Source: Flavobacteriaceae bacterium
Lineage (GTDB): Bacteria > Bacteroidota > Bacteroidia > Flavobacteriales > Weeksellaceae
Assembly (NCBI GenBank): GCA_013333255.2
Contig: JABCPE020000007.1
Span: forward strand, 137,300 to 201,299
DNA: 64,000 bases
Direction: 5' to 3'
Position 1 is the first letter of the stretch, and each line of letters opens with the position of its first letter. Of the stretch, positions 26,092-36,176 are shown in pieces. A program made the translations under genes and the position numbers. A model generated the notes under the pieces. That model did not search any database, was not told the DNA's origin, and worked only from the letters and a program-made list of their open reading frames with translations.

Positions 26092-26802
26092 TTATTTTAC
26101 ACTCACTCTACCAGAGCCGTTGATTTTCTGCTTTACTTTCTTCGGATTTCCTTTAATGGTAACATCACCAGAACCCGTTATGGAAACATCCACATCTTCG
26201 GTCACATAGGCGGAAACATCGCCTGCACCACTTATGCTGATAACGGCTTTTTCGGCAGTTAGTTTTGAAGTATCTACATCACCACTGCCACTGATATCGA
26301 TGGATAAGTCCTTAGCCCTGCCGCTTACTCGGATATCGCCCGCACCAACTACCTCCAAAGCGAGAGAGGAAACATCCACCGCCAAACGCGCATCACCGCT
26401 GCCGTATATGCCAACATTTAAAGTCTTTGTTTCCAGATTTTTTTCGGAGTAAATATCCGCGGAACCTTTGATGTCCACTTGTTTCAAACGAGAATCCACA
26501 GGAACATAAATGATGATAGGCTCTTTTACCTTGTATCTGTTCTTTTCTGCGCCTATTTTCAGCAGTCCATCAGACACCTCTGTCTGTATGAGCGGAAGGA
26601 TGTTGTCAGGAGCTTTTATTTTAATCTTGCCGACCTCTCCATCGGTGAAAATAACATCATAGCTACCCAAAACCTCTATTCTGTCATACGCAGAAAGTTG
26701 TTTTTCTTGGGTAATGATGTTGTTGCTCCCCACGACTACTTGATTTTTACTACAATTTATCAACAGTAAAGCCAAAAACACTAAAGCGATTACTCTTTTC
26801 AT
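26092..26802 (-). CDS. GIN-domain (DUF2807) lipoprotein, beta-helix-like
   Basis: Lipoprotein signal (LLLINCS). Reiterated G(S/A)GD(V/I/A) turns: GSGDARL, GAGDIRV, GSGDVDT, GAGDVSA, GSGDVTI. Confidence 0.75.
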   Translation of the reverse strand: MKRVIALVFLALLLINCSKNQVVVGSNNIITQEKQLSAYDRIEVLGSYDVIFTDGEVGKIKIKAPDNILPLIQTEVSDGLLKIGAEKNRYKVKEPIIIYVPVDSRLKQVDIKGSADIYSEKNLETKTLNVGIYGSGDARLAVDVSSLALEVVGAGDIRVSGRAKDLSIDISGSGDVDTSKLTAEKAVISISGAGDVSAYVTEDVDVSITGSGDVTIKGNPKKVKQKINGSGRVSVK

Positions 26803-26873
26803 GATGTTATTATTTAAAATTATTGATTAAAACCAAGAGGTTTTCCATCTTTCCGAAGAGGTTCTGGTTTCGT

Positions 26874-27725
26874 TTATTTTTTAGACAAATGGTAGTAAGC
26901 AAGCATCTTATAGTATAATTTCGCTGCCAAAAATGCCGTAGGTTTTGGATTAGCAGAATCCATAAGTTCCACGATATCAAACGCAACTACATTACATTTC
27001 TCAAAAACTTTCTTTAATAATTTCAAAGTAGGATACCAAGCCAATCCCCCTGGTTCTGGCGTTCCCGTAGATGGCGCTATAGACGGGTCAAAAGCATCCA
27101 AATCTATCGTAATATACACATTACCAGAAACTTTACTAAGGACATCTTCTATCCAGTTTGGATTTTCAGCAATCTCGTGCGCCCAGAAACACTGCCCTTT
27201 TGGGACATACTGCATTTCTTCCACATCACACGAACGGATTCCTACCTGAACCAAATTATGCTTTTGATTAGCCTCAAAAACAGCGCAAGCGTGATTAGAA
27301 GTAGAACCATGAAACTCTGGTCTTAGGTCTGTATGGGCATCCAGCTGAAGCACCGTAAGGTTTTCGTACTTCTCTCCCACTGCACGGATAGAACCGATGG
27401 ACACAGAATGTTCCCCACCAAAAAGCGTAAAAAGCTTGTCATGCTGAAGCATTTCTTTTGTTTTTTGATAAACAGCCTCTGTCATGGCTTCTGGCGAAGA
27501 ATCCTCTGTAACTTCCCCAGCTAAATAAACTCCCTCCAAATACGGCTCCGTAGCAGTCTCTATATCATAGAGTTCCATATTTTCTGAAGCATCCAAGAAA
27601 AGTTCAGGGCCTTTATCTGCACCCTTTCCCCAAGTAGAAGTTCCATCATAGGGAACTGTTACCAGCATTACTTTTGAGTTTTCTAATGTTGCATTTTCTT
27701 CTGGTATTCCTGCGTATGTTTTCAT
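26874..27725 (-). CDS. speB: Agmatinase (ureohydrolase family)
   Basis: Mn-binding motifs GGEHS, LDAHTDLR, ITIDLDAFDP. Confidence 0.9.
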   Translation of the reverse strand: MKTYAGIPEENATLENSKVMLVTVPYDGTSTWGKGADKGPELFLDASENMELYDIETATEPYLEGVYLAGEVTEDSSPEAMTEAVYQKTKEMLQHDKLFTLFGGEHSVSIGSIRAVGEKYENLTVLQLDAHTDLRPEFHGSTSNHACAVFEANQKHNLVQVGIRSCDVEEMQYVPKGQCFWAHEIAENPNWIEDVLSKVSGNVYITIDLDAFDPSIAPSTGTPEPGGLAWYPTLKLLKKVFEKCNVVAFDIVELMDSANPKPTAFLAAKLYYKMLAYYHLSKK

Positions 27726-27767
27726 TTTTTATGTATTTAAATTCTATTTTAAACTAATTTTACTAAC

Positions 27768-28625
27768 TTATCTCAAATCACAAACCTGCTCCACAAGAGC
27801 TGGATATTTCTTAAACAATTCTTTTCCCACTGCGAATTTCTCCTTCATTTCTACTATATTATCATAATTGATATGTGGATATTTTTCAAAAACTATATCC
27901 CTTATTTCGCTCTCATCTTCGTTTTCGTGGTTTTCAGAGTAGGCTTCATCACTCACATAAAGCAGCCCCTCTGCCCAAGTGTCCCCAATATCAAAATGAT
28001 ATTTCCCGCTAATGAAAGCATTGATATCTTTGGTTATATCTTCAAAAAATTCTTTCCCTTTCAGCAAAAGCCAGCATCGGAAATAAATAAATCCATCGGC
28101 AGAAACATAAGGCTCTTCCTCAAAGCTATAAACACCATCTTTTTTCTCAAAATCACAATTCAAAATGATGTAAAGCTCTGCTATTTGGGCGGTATATAGT
28201 TCCATCAGTTTTTCTTGCATAGTTTTTTCAAAAGATACCAAACGCTCTTTTCCATGCTTCGCTAGATAACTTGTCAGCTTTTCCAGATGCTCTTCTACAT
28301 CGTAGGCATCCCACTTTTTCTTGTTGTATTTATAGCTTTTTTCAATGGCTTCCCAAAACAAAAATTCAGCTTTTTCCTCCTCGCTCATTTCTATTTTAGC
28401 AGGAATTTCTTCGTTTGGAGAAACTTCTACATAGCCTTTTTTCATTTTTTGAGCGATGAGTTTTTCGCTTTCCTTTTGGCATTCTTCTTCACTCGTGAAT
28501 TTCTTTGTCATTTCTCGCCCAGCAGTCCCTATTTTTCCATAATAAACGATTTGCTCCTCTCCTTCATATTCGATATTCCAAAACTTATCGGACAAATCAT
28601 TTTGATTGATAAAAAACCTTTTCAT
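27768..28625 (-). CDS. WGR-domain protein with a DUF4240-like C-terminal region
   Basis: The N-terminus KFWNIEYEGEEQIVYYGKIGTAGR...KGYVE is a WGR pattern. The C-terminal assignment is from memory. Confidence 0.7.
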   Translation of the reverse strand: MKRFFINQNDLSDKFWNIEYEGEEQIVYYGKIGTAGREMTKKFTSEEECQKESEKLIAQKMKKGYVEVSPNEEIPAKIEMSEEEKAEFLFWEAIEKSYKYNKKKWDAYDVEEHLEKLTSYLAKHGKERLVSFEKTMQEKLMELYTAQIAELYIILNCDFEKKDGVYSFEEEPYVSADGFIYFRCWLLLKGKEFFEDITKDINAFISGKYHFDIGDTWAEGLLYVSDEAYSENHENEDESEIRDIVFEKYPHINYDNIVEMKEKFAVGKELFKKYPALVEQVCDLR

Positions 28626-28649
28626 CGCTCGTTTTTTTTGAAGATTAAA

Positions 28650-29963
28650 TTAAATTTTTATTCGCTCAATATCTGCGCCTATGGCTTTTAGTCGACCTTC
28701 TATGTCTTCATAGCCTCGGTCTATCTGCTCTATATTGTGGATTATACTTTTCCCTTCAGCTGAAAGAGCCGCTATCAGAAGGGCATTTCCTGCTCTGATG
28801 TCTGGCGAAATCAATGTAGTTCCTCTCAACGGCGTTTCGTGGTTAAGCCCTATTACTGTGGCTCTATGCGGGTCACAAAGGATGATTTGCGCTCCCATAT
28901 CAATTAGTTTATCCACGAAAAACAGACGGCTTTCGAACATTTTCTGATGAACAAGAACACTTCCCTTCGCCTGAGTAGCCACAACCAAAATAATTGAAAG
29001 TAAATCTGGCGTAAAACCAGGCCAAGGAGCATCAGAAACGGTCAAAATAGACCCATCGATGAACTTTTGTATTTTATAATTTTCCTGCGATGGAATGTAG
29101 ATATCATCGCCTTTTCGCTCCAATTTTATTCCTAATTTTCGGAATGTATCAGGAATAATGCCGAGCTGTTCCCAGTTCACATTCTTGATGGTAATCTCTG
29201 ACTTTGTCATCGCTGCCAGCCCAATCCAAGAACCGATTTCCACCATATCTGGAAGGAGAACATGCTCTGTTCCTCCAAGGCTTTCCACACCTTCTATCGT
29301 CAGCAGGTTAGAGCCTATTCCTGTTATTTTCGCTCCCATTCTATTGAGCATCTTGCAGAGCTGCTGGAGATACGGCTCACAAGCTGCATTGTAAATTTGG
29401 GTCGTTCCCTTAGCCAAAACAGCCGCCATGATGATATTGGCAGTCCCCGTTACCGAAGCTTCCTCCAAGAGAATAAATTTCCCATTTAATTCCTTAGCTG
29501 TAAGGGTGTAAAAACTTTCTTCTTCATTAAAATTAAATTCTGCTCCCAGCTCCACAAAACCCTGAAAATGAGTATCCAGCCTTCTTCTTCCTATTTTGTC
29601 TCCTCCTGGTGTAGGCATATACGCCTCACCGAAACGCGCAAGCATCGGCCCTAAAAGCATCACAGAGCCTCTAAGTTTTGCTCCATCTTTTCTAAATTCC
29701 TTTGATTTAATGTAGTCAAAATGGATATTATCGGCCTGAAAAGTAAAATCTCCTTTTCCGTTTTTAATTACTTTTACCCCGAAATCTTGTAGGATTTCTA
29801 TCAAACGATTAACATCCTTGATGTCTGGTATATTACTGATTCTCACAGGCTCAGAAGTCAAAAGCACGGCGCAAAGAATTTGCAGTGCTTCGTTTTTAGC
29901 TCCTTGTGGTGTGATTTCTCCGCTTAGTTTTTTTCCTCCTCTTATCTGAAATGCTTCTGTCAT
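28650..29963 (-). CDS. murA: UDP-N-acetylglucosamine 1-carboxyvinyltransferase
   Basis: GAKNEALQILCA, PGGDKIGRRRLDTH, and the overall 437-aa EPSP-synthase fold pattern. Confidence 0.96.
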   Translation of the reverse strand: MTEAFQIRGGKKLSGEITPQGAKNEALQILCAVLLTSEPVRISNIPDIKDVNRLIEILQDFGVKVIKNGKGDFTFQADNIHFDYIKSKEFRKDGAKLRGSVMLLGPMLARFGEAYMPTPGGDKIGRRRLDTHFQGFVELGAEFNFNEEESFYTLTAKELNGKFILLEEASVTGTANIIMAAVLAKGTTQIYNAACEPYLQQLCKMLNRMGAKITGIGSNLLTIEGVESLGGTEHVLLPDMVEIGSWIGLAAMTKSEITIKNVNWEQLGIIPDTFRKLGIKLERKGDDIYIPSQENYKIQKFIDGSILTVSDAPWPGFTPDLLSIILVVATQAKGSVLVHQKMFESRLFFVDKLIDMGAQIILCDPHRATVIGLNHETPLRGTTLISPDIRAGNALLIAALSAEGKSIIHNIEQIDRGYEDIEGRLKAIGADIERIKI

Positions 29964-30577
29964 CTTTTTCTATTTTTTTGGGAATGATGGTTTCTTTTTT
30001 TATAATTATTTCTCTTATTTCTGTTAGGATGATAGATTTTACTTTTATCCAAAGTTTCTATCCCTGTCAAGTCTAATTTATCCTGAGAAAGTTCCTTCAA
30101 ATGCCTGAAAATCACTTCATCCTGCACATGTTCTTTGTTATAGACATTATAGGATTTTTTCATATTGTTGGCAATTACCTGTATCAGCACATCTTTCTCC
30201 TCGCCTTCTTCCAGCTCTATGGCCTTGTCTATCAGCTGTAAAATGCTCTTCCCGTAGAACTTGTATTCATTATCAAAAGATGGATAATCCATTCTATTGG
30301 GCTTTTGGGCAAGTTCCTCCTTCGTTGGGAAAGGATACGGCGCATCTACATCCAAATCATAATCTGCCAAAATATACAAGTGATCCCAAAGCTTATGCTT
30401 ATAATTTTCCTCATCGCGGAGATGAGGATTTCTTTGTCCCATAAATTCTACTATGGTTTTCGCCACTTCGTTACGCTCTTCCTTGGAAGGTAGCGATTTA
30501 CAGTACTCTACCATCTGCTGGATATTTCTGCCATATTCTGGCATGAGTAACTTTGTGCGGTTTGTGTTGTACTCCAT
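29960..30577 (-). CDS. DUF4290-family protein
   Basis: LLMPEYGRNIQQMVEY... is the typical family N-terminus. It overlaps the murA start by 4 nt. Confidence 0.7.
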   Translation of the reverse strand: MEYNTNRTKLLMPEYGRNIQQMVEYCKSLPSKEERNEVAKTIVEFMGQRNPHLRDEENYKHKLWDHLYILADYDLDVDAPYPFPTKEELAQKPNRMDYPSFDNEYKFYGKSILQLIDKAIELEEGEEKDVLIQVIANNMKKSYNVYNKEHVQDEVIFRHLKELSQDKLDLTGIETLDKSKIYHPNRNKRNNYKKRNHHSQKNRKR

Positions 30578-30630
30578 TGTGTTTATTAATAATATTTTGA
30601 ATAAGCCTAAATGACCTATTTCATTGAAAA

Positions 30631-31968
30631 CTAATTAACTAAGTCTAATCCTCCAAAATTACCTGAACTCATCATCAGGTAAGCACCTTGGGTCTTGTCC
30701 AGCGTGTTCCAATATTCGTGAAGACTTTCGGCATTGGTAAAGACTTTTAGGTCTGGATTACCGAATTTTTCTTTAATCATTTCAGGAGAAATCGGCTCCA
30801 TTCGTTTGATTTTCAAGGCTTCTTCCGAATAGAAAATCACTCCTGTATCCAGTCCGTCCATTGCTCCTTTGTATTGTTCTAAAAATATGGAATTCAGCGA
30901 ACTATAAGTATGAAGCTCTAAAAATCCGTAAGTTTTTTCCTGTTTAAACTGCTCCTTGAAAGCCGCCACAGTTGCCTTTACCTTGGATGGAGCGTGAGCA
31001 AAATCTTTATACAAAATTCCGCCATCTTTTCTCTCCACTTTTTCTAATCGCTTGGAAGCTCCTTTGAAACTCATTATCGCTTCATAAAACTCCTCCTCCA
31101 TAATGCCAAGCTGCTGGCAGATAAGTTTTGCGCCTTCCATATTGAGCAAATTATGTTTCCCAAAAACAGAGAGCGGAATTTCGCCCATGCTTGTTTTTAG
31201 ATAAACTTTCCCTTCGCGAATGCTGTATTCAGGAGTTTTGTAAGGCAGTTTTCGGAAATATTTCTGGCTGTTTTCTACGATTTTTACCACTTCTTCATCT
31301 TCCTCATTATACACCAAAACTCCGCCAGAAGTGATGCTTTCGGTAAATTTTCTGAACTGCTCTAAATAATCATCAAAAGTCTTAAAAACATTGATATGAT
31401 CCCATGCTATGCCGCTGATTAGGGCGATATTTGGGTGATAATGCAGGAATTTAGGCTGTCTGTCCTCGGCAGAAGAAAGATACTCATCACCCTCCAAAAT
31501 CATAAAGTCTGTATCTTCGGTAATTTTCACCATGCAGTCAAAGCCTTCCAGCTGGGCGCCCACCATGTAGTCTATTTCCTTGTTGTGAAAATTCAGCACA
31601 TGCAGAATCATAGAAGTGATGGTGGTTTTCCCATGTGAACCAGCAATTACTACTCTGGTTTTTTCCTTGCTCTGCTGATAGAGAAATTCTGGATATGAAT
31701 AGATTTTTAATCCCAATTCTTTGGCTCTTGCCAGTTCTGGATTGTCTGCATGGGCGTGCATTCCCAAAATTACAGCATCTATATTCGCTGTGATTTTCTC
31801 TGGAAACCAGCCAAACTCCTTTGGAAGAATGCCTTTCTGCTCCAATCGTGTTTTTGAGGGTTCAAAGATAGCATCATCTGAGCCTGTAACCTCAAAACCT
31901 TTATTTTTCAGTGCGATAGCAAGATTGTGCATGGCACTCCCTCCTATGGCGATAAAATGAACTTTCAT
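30631..31968 (-). CDS. mpl: Mur ligase family, Mpl-like (UDP-N-acetylmuramate:L-Ala-D-Glu-mDAP ligase)
   Basis: HFIAIGGSAMHNLA, and the ATP site GSHGKTTITSM. Confidence 0.85.
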   Translation of the reverse strand: MKVHFIAIGGSAMHNLAIALKNKGFEVTGSDDAIFEPSKTRLEQKGILPKEFGWFPEKITANIDAVILGMHAHADNPELARAKELGLKIYSYPEFLYQQSKEKTRVVIAGSHGKTTITSMILHVLNFHNKEIDYMVGAQLEGFDCMVKITEDTDFMILEGDEYLSSAEDRQPKFLHYHPNIALISGIAWDHINVFKTFDDYLEQFRKFTESITSGGVLVYNEEDEEVVKIVENSQKYFRKLPYKTPEYSIREGKVYLKTSMGEIPLSVFGKHNLLNMEGAKLICQQLGIMEEEFYEAIMSFKGASKRLEKVERKDGGILYKDFAHAPSKVKATVAAFKEQFKQEKTYGFLELHTYSSLNSIFLEQYKGAMDGLDTGVIFYSEEALKIKRMEPISPEMIKEKFGNPDLKVFTNAESLHEYWNTLDKTQGAYLMMSSGNFGGLDLVN

Positions 31969-31977
31969 ATTTTTCTT

Positions 31978-32799
31978 TTATGCTTGTGATTTTTCTTCTT
32001 GTTTTTCTGCCTCCTCTTGTTTTTTTCGTTCCAGCTCTTGGTCGTATTCATGGAGGACATTGTGTTTTGGTGTCTGCTCTATGGCATTCATTATTTTATC
32101 CAAAATCTGTTCAGCACTTTCGTTGTCGTAGTCTATGTCAAGCGGTTTTTTAAACTCCATTGTCGGCTGCACGCCTGTCACTTTCAGTCTTAATCCTTTT
32201 TTGTCAAAAGCCCTACGGAAACCATTGATTTTCACTGGAATTACTATCGCTCTCTGCTGAAGGACTAGTTTCGCTGTTCCCTTTCTCCCAGGAGCAAAAG
32301 CAGCCGTAGTTCCCTGCGGGAAAGACACCACCCAGCCGTTATCCAGCGCTTTTAGGATGTTTTCTACTTCGGACATATCTACTTTTCTATTGACATTCTG
32401 CCCGTTGGCACGCCAAGTTCTTTTCACAGTAACAGCTCCCACCAGCTTAAAAATCCTTGTCAGAAGCCCTTTATTCATGGTTTCTTCCGCTGCCACATAG
32501 TAGAAATCTACTTTGGGATTGAGAATGTAAATAGGATTAGCAATCGTATTGATAAAGCCGTTATTCACTGCACAAAAGACATGATACATCGCTGCCACAT
32601 CTGCAAAATAAGTCTGGTGATTGGAAACAAAAAGCACATTAGTCTTCGGTAAATCCACCAAATGCTCTGCTCCTGTGATTTTCAGTTTATTAAAACCATT
32701 GAACCTTCGGTAAGAAACCAGCCCAAAGATAAACACCACCAATCTTTTCAAAATATACCAGTTGCCAAAGGCATCTGTAAATATGTTTTTCTTTCCCAT
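31978..32799 (-). CDS. 1-acyl-sn-glycerol-3-phosphate acyltransferase family
   Basis: HX4D motif (SNHQTYFAD), and FPQGTT. Confidence 0.85.
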   Translation of the reverse strand: MGKKNIFTDAFGNWYILKRLVVFIFGLVSYRRFNGFNKLKITGAEHLVDLPKTNVLFVSNHQTYFADVAAMYHVFCAVNNGFINTIANPIYILNPKVDFYYVAAEETMNKGLLTRIFKLVGAVTVKRTWRANGQNVNRKVDMSEVENILKALDNGWVVSFPQGTTAAFAPGRKGTAKLVLQQRAIVIPVKINGFRRAFDKKGLRLKVTGVQPTMEFKKPLDIDYDNESAEQILDKIMNAIEQTPKHNVLHEYDQELERKKQEEAEKQEEKSQA

Positions 32800-32859
32800 A
32801 TTTTAATTTTAAGAACGAAATATAAAGCCCCAAATTTAAGGATTTTTCCCTTGCCGAGA

Positions 32860-33093
32860 CTAATTCAGCATTATTTTTTCAGCATATTTCTCTGCAAAAA
32901 GCTTTTTGTCCTCCTGCATTTTTTCCAAAGTCGCAGGCAGGCGGTAACCAAAAAGGAACTTTCCTTCCTCATCCAGAAAGAGAATTTCCTTTTCCTCACC
33001 GTCTATCATCTGTGCGAAAATATCCCACATAGACTGGTCTTTCAGCTTTAATAATTCAAAAAACTCCTTGGCTTGTATATGTATAGTTTTCAT
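32860..33093 (-). CDS. Small hypothetical protein (77 aa)
   Basis: ORF only; no motif recognised. Confidence 0.4.
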   Translation of the reverse strand: MKTIHIQAKEFFELLKLKDQSMWDIFAQMIDGEEKEILFLDEEGKFLFGYRLPATLEKMQEDKKLFAEKYAEKIMLN

Positions 33094-33199
33094 AAATTTC
33101 TGATATTTAGAACTTACAAAAATATAAAAAAGAGAGGATATTTGTAAATTTTAATATTTTTTATTAATTTCGTGAGTATATCCTTAAAATTTCCTTAAG

Positions 33200-35398
33200 A
33201 TGAGCACCGAAGAACAACAAGAACAAATAGAAATCCTCAAAAGATACGATGATCTCATTCATCACACCTACCGAAAACTGAATGAGGATCAGCTGAAACT
33301 CATCAAAAAGGCATTTGATGTAGCTTGGGATGCCCATAAAGACCAGCGCCGAAAGAGTGGAGAACCATACATTTTCCATCCCATAGCGGTAGCAAAAATC
33401 GTGGCTGAGGAAATAGGTTTAGGTGCTACCAGCATCGCCGCAGCGCTGCTTCATGATGTGATAGAAGACAGCGACTACACCTATGAAGACATAGAAAAAC
33501 TCTTCGGAAAGAAAATCGCTGATGTGGTGAACGGACTTACCAAAATTTCTGTGATGAATAACCAAAACATCTCCGTACAGTCCGAAAACTACCGAAAACT
33601 CCTGCTCACTCTATCGGATGATTTTAGGGTCATTCTCATCAAAATAGCTGACCGCCTTCACAACATGAGAACGCTGGACAGCATGCGCCCAGACAAACAG
33701 AAAAAAATAGCCTCGGAGACGGTGTATATCTACGCTCCTATGGCTCACAGGCTGGGACTTTACAACATAAAATCCGAATTAGAGGATTTATCCCTAAAAT
33801 ACAACATGCCCGAAATCTACAACGAGATTTCTGAAAAACTCATCACAGCTAAAGAACACCGCGAGGGCTATGTACAGGAGTTCATAGAGCATGTTTCTGA
33901 AAAACTAAAAGAAGAAAAACTCAATTTCAAGATTAAAGGAAGAGCGAAGTCCATCAGCTCTATTTATAGAAAAATGCTGAAACAGAACATTCCTTTTGAG
34001 GAAGTTTATGATAACTACGCCATCCGTGTCATCTACAAATCAGACTTTAAAAACGAAAAATTCCTTGCTTGGAAAATTTATTCCATCATTACCGACCTCT
34101 ACCACAGCAATCCTGCACGAATGCGGGACTGGATTTCTCAACCGAGAAGTACAGGTTATGAAAGTCTTCATTTGACTATCTTAGGGCCTGATAACAAGTG
34201 GGTAGAAGTACAAATCCGAAGTGAGCGAATGGATGAAATCGCAGAAAAAGGAGTCGCTGCCCATTACAAATACAAAGAAGGTTTCAGCCAAAATACGGAT
34301 GATAAAAACTTTGAGCAGTGGGTAATTCAGATTCGTGAGGTTTTGGAAAATCAGCAGTCGCTCTCCACCACGGAGCTTTTGGATAGCATTAAGCTAAATC
34401 TATACACCAAAGAAGTTTTCATCTTCACACCAAAAGGAGATGTCAAAATCCTTCCGAAAGGCGCTACAGCACTGGATTTTGCTTTTATGGTACATTCTGA
34501 ACTGGGAATGAAGTGCAGCGGTGCTAAAATCAACGGCAAACTGCAGCCGATAAGTTATGTCCTAAAAAACGGCGACCAGATAGACATCATCTCCTCTCCC
34601 AACCAAAAACCGAAAAAAGACTGGCTGGATTTTGTGGTGACTTCCAAAGCTCGTTCCAAAATAAAAGCGGTTTTAAACTCAGACAAAAACCAAAAAGTAG
34701 CCGAAGGAAAAGAAATTTTCCAAAGGAAACTAAGACACGCCAAAATCAACTTCTCAGAAGAGGAACTCAATAATATTCAGAAATATTTTAACCTAAAAAC
34801 TTCGCAGGATTTATTCTTAAAATTCTATGAAGGAACGCTGGACACTTCCGATTTAAAGGAATATTTAGATAGTAAAAAAAGTTTCTTCGGAAATCTTTTA
34901 CAACGATTCCGAAAGGATAAAACCGATTTCGTGGAAACGCCAAAGTCTGATTTAGACCTGATAGTTTTTGGGCGAAATGAAGAAAAACTGGACTACTCCT
35001 TTGCAAAATGCTGCACGGTAATCCCAGGAGATAAGATTTTTGGATTTTTAACGATAAATGAAGGGATAAAAGTTCATAATGACAACTGCCCTAATGCGAT
35101 AAACCTCCGTGCAAACTATGACTATCGTGTGATGCTGGCTAAATGGGTAAATTCCGAAAGATTTATCAACAATATCAAAATAGAACTGCAAGGAGTGGAC
35201 AGAATGGGAATCGTAAACGATGTAGCATCCGTCATCTCTAACAATATGCACATCGATATGAAAGGAATCTCTATCAACTCTATTGACGGTATTTTCATCG
35301 GTACCATCTCATTAGAAGTTAAAAACAAAGACCAGCTGGATGCTTTATTGAAACAACTGGAACAGATAGAAGGAATCAAAAAAGTAAGAAGATTATAA
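33200..35398 (+). CDS. Bifunctional (p)ppGpp synthetase/hydrolase RelA/SpoT homolog
   Basis: HD domain (HPIAVA, HDVIED), synthetase domain (RAKSISSIYRKM, YESLHLT), then TGS and ACT regions. Confidence 0.95.
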   Translation: MSTEEQQEQIEILKRYDDLIHHTYRKLNEDQLKLIKKAFDVAWDAHKDQRRKSGEPYIFHPIAVAKIVAEEIGLGATSIAAALLHDVIEDSDYTYEDIEKLFGKKIADVVNGLTKISVMNNQNISVQSENYRKLLLTLSDDFRVILIKIADRLHNMRTLDSMRPDKQKKIASETVYIYAPMAHRLGLYNIKSELEDLSLKYNMPEIYNEISEKLITAKEHREGYVQEFIEHVSEKLKEEKLNFKIKGRAKSISSIYRKMLKQNIPFEEVYDNYAIRVIYKSDFKNEKFLAWKIYSIITDLYHSNPARMRDWISQPRSTGYESLHLTILGPDNKWVEVQIRSERMDEIAEKGVAAHYKYKEGFSQNTDDKNFEQWVIQIREVLENQQSLSTTELLDSIKLNLYTKEVFIFTPKGDVKILPKGATALDFAFMVHSELGMKCSGAKINGKLQPISYVLKNGDQIDIISSPNQKPKKDWLDFVVTSKARSKIKAVLNSDKNQKVAEGKEIFQRKLRHAKINFSEEELNNIQKYFNLKTSQDLFLKFYEGTLDTSDLKEYLDSKKSFFGNLLQRFRKDKTDFVETPKSDLDLIVFGRNEEKLDYSFAKCCTVIPGDKIFGFLTINEGIKVHNDNCPNAINLRANYDYRVMLAKWVNSERFINNIKIELQGVDRMGIVNDVASVISNNMHIDMKGISINSIDGIFIGTISLEVKNKDQLDALLKQLEQIEGIKKVRRL

Positions 35399-35400
35399 AA

Positions 35401-35440
35401 AAACGCCCTTTTTAAGGCGTTTATGTTTTTATTTTTTTGC
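35401..35440. terminator. Bidirectional rho-independent terminator
   Basis: AAACGCC (35401-35407) pairs with GGCGTTT (35416-35422). T-rich on both sides. It lies between convergent genes. Confidence 0.75.
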
Positions 35441-36058
35441 TCCGTAAGGCATCTTTTTACTTGCATTTCGCAGAAGGTCTTCTACAATATCACTATAACT
35501 GCTTCTCCACCCTCCTGAATATTTATTGCTGTAATTCCAAAATATTTTGTCTGTATTTTTATCATAAATATTCATATCTGTTGTGATTTCATTCGTAGTT
35601 CCCTCATAATCAAGCAGAACTGAAGCCGCCACTGCCACGCCTTGCGGCATAGGTTTGGTCATCACATAGTCAGAACTTATGACAGCATCCACTCCAAGGA
35701 CAGCGCATATCTCACTCTTTGTCAGTTCTTTTTCAGGATACCCTGCTCTTTTCAGTTTGGTATTGGTAGTTTCTATATCTTGTATTTCTTGGCTTACATT
35801 ATTCTGAGAAAATCTCTTCAAAAACCAAGCGTACATTTCTTTCTGAAAATTAGCCGATTCCTGCTCTTTGGACTGCTTAAAACGCCCTGTGTATTTACCT
35901 TCCTGCATAGAGATTTTAGGAGGTAAAATGGCTATCTTCTTTTGGCTGGATGTCACCGCCAATGTGTCATTAGAATTATAAACTTTCGCACCACTGCACG
36001 ACATAAAAAGCATCAACAAGACTCCCAATATGGAAGTTCCTTTAATAAATGTTTTCAT
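35429..36058 (-). CDS. Lipoprotein, function unknown
   Basis: Signal peptide plus lipobox LLMLFMSCSG. Confidence 0.6.
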   Translation of the reverse strand: MKTFIKGTSILGVLLMLFMSCSGAKVYNSNDTLAVTSSQKKIAILPPKISMQEGKYTGRFKQSKEQESANFQKEMYAWFLKRFSQNNVSQEIQDIETTNTKLKRAGYPEKELTKSEICAVLGVDAVISSDYVMTKPMPQGVAVAASVLLDYEGTTNEITTDMNIYDKNTDKIFWNYSNKYSGGWRSSYSDIVEDLLRNASKKMPYGAKK

Positions 36059-36133
36059 AACTAAAAAATTATTATTTTATGTAAATTTACCATTATTTTA
36101 GGGTTTTTCAAAATAGATTATTATGATTTTTGT

Positions 36134-36141
36134 TATATTTG
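36134..36141 (+). promoter_or_regulatory. Candidate -7 box (TATATTTG)
   Basis: Matches TAnnTTTG, 35 nt upstream of the nhaA ATG. Confidence 0.4.
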
Positions 36142-36176
36142 TAAATCTTAAAGTTCAATTTTAAAAATAATTAAAA

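Noticed and set aside
26803-26873. Possible terminator between speB and the GIN-domain gene (direct repeat AAGAGGTT at 26832-26839 and 26854-26861)
   Set aside because: The two copies are direct, not inverted. I could not draw a convincing stem followed by a T-run on the minus strand.
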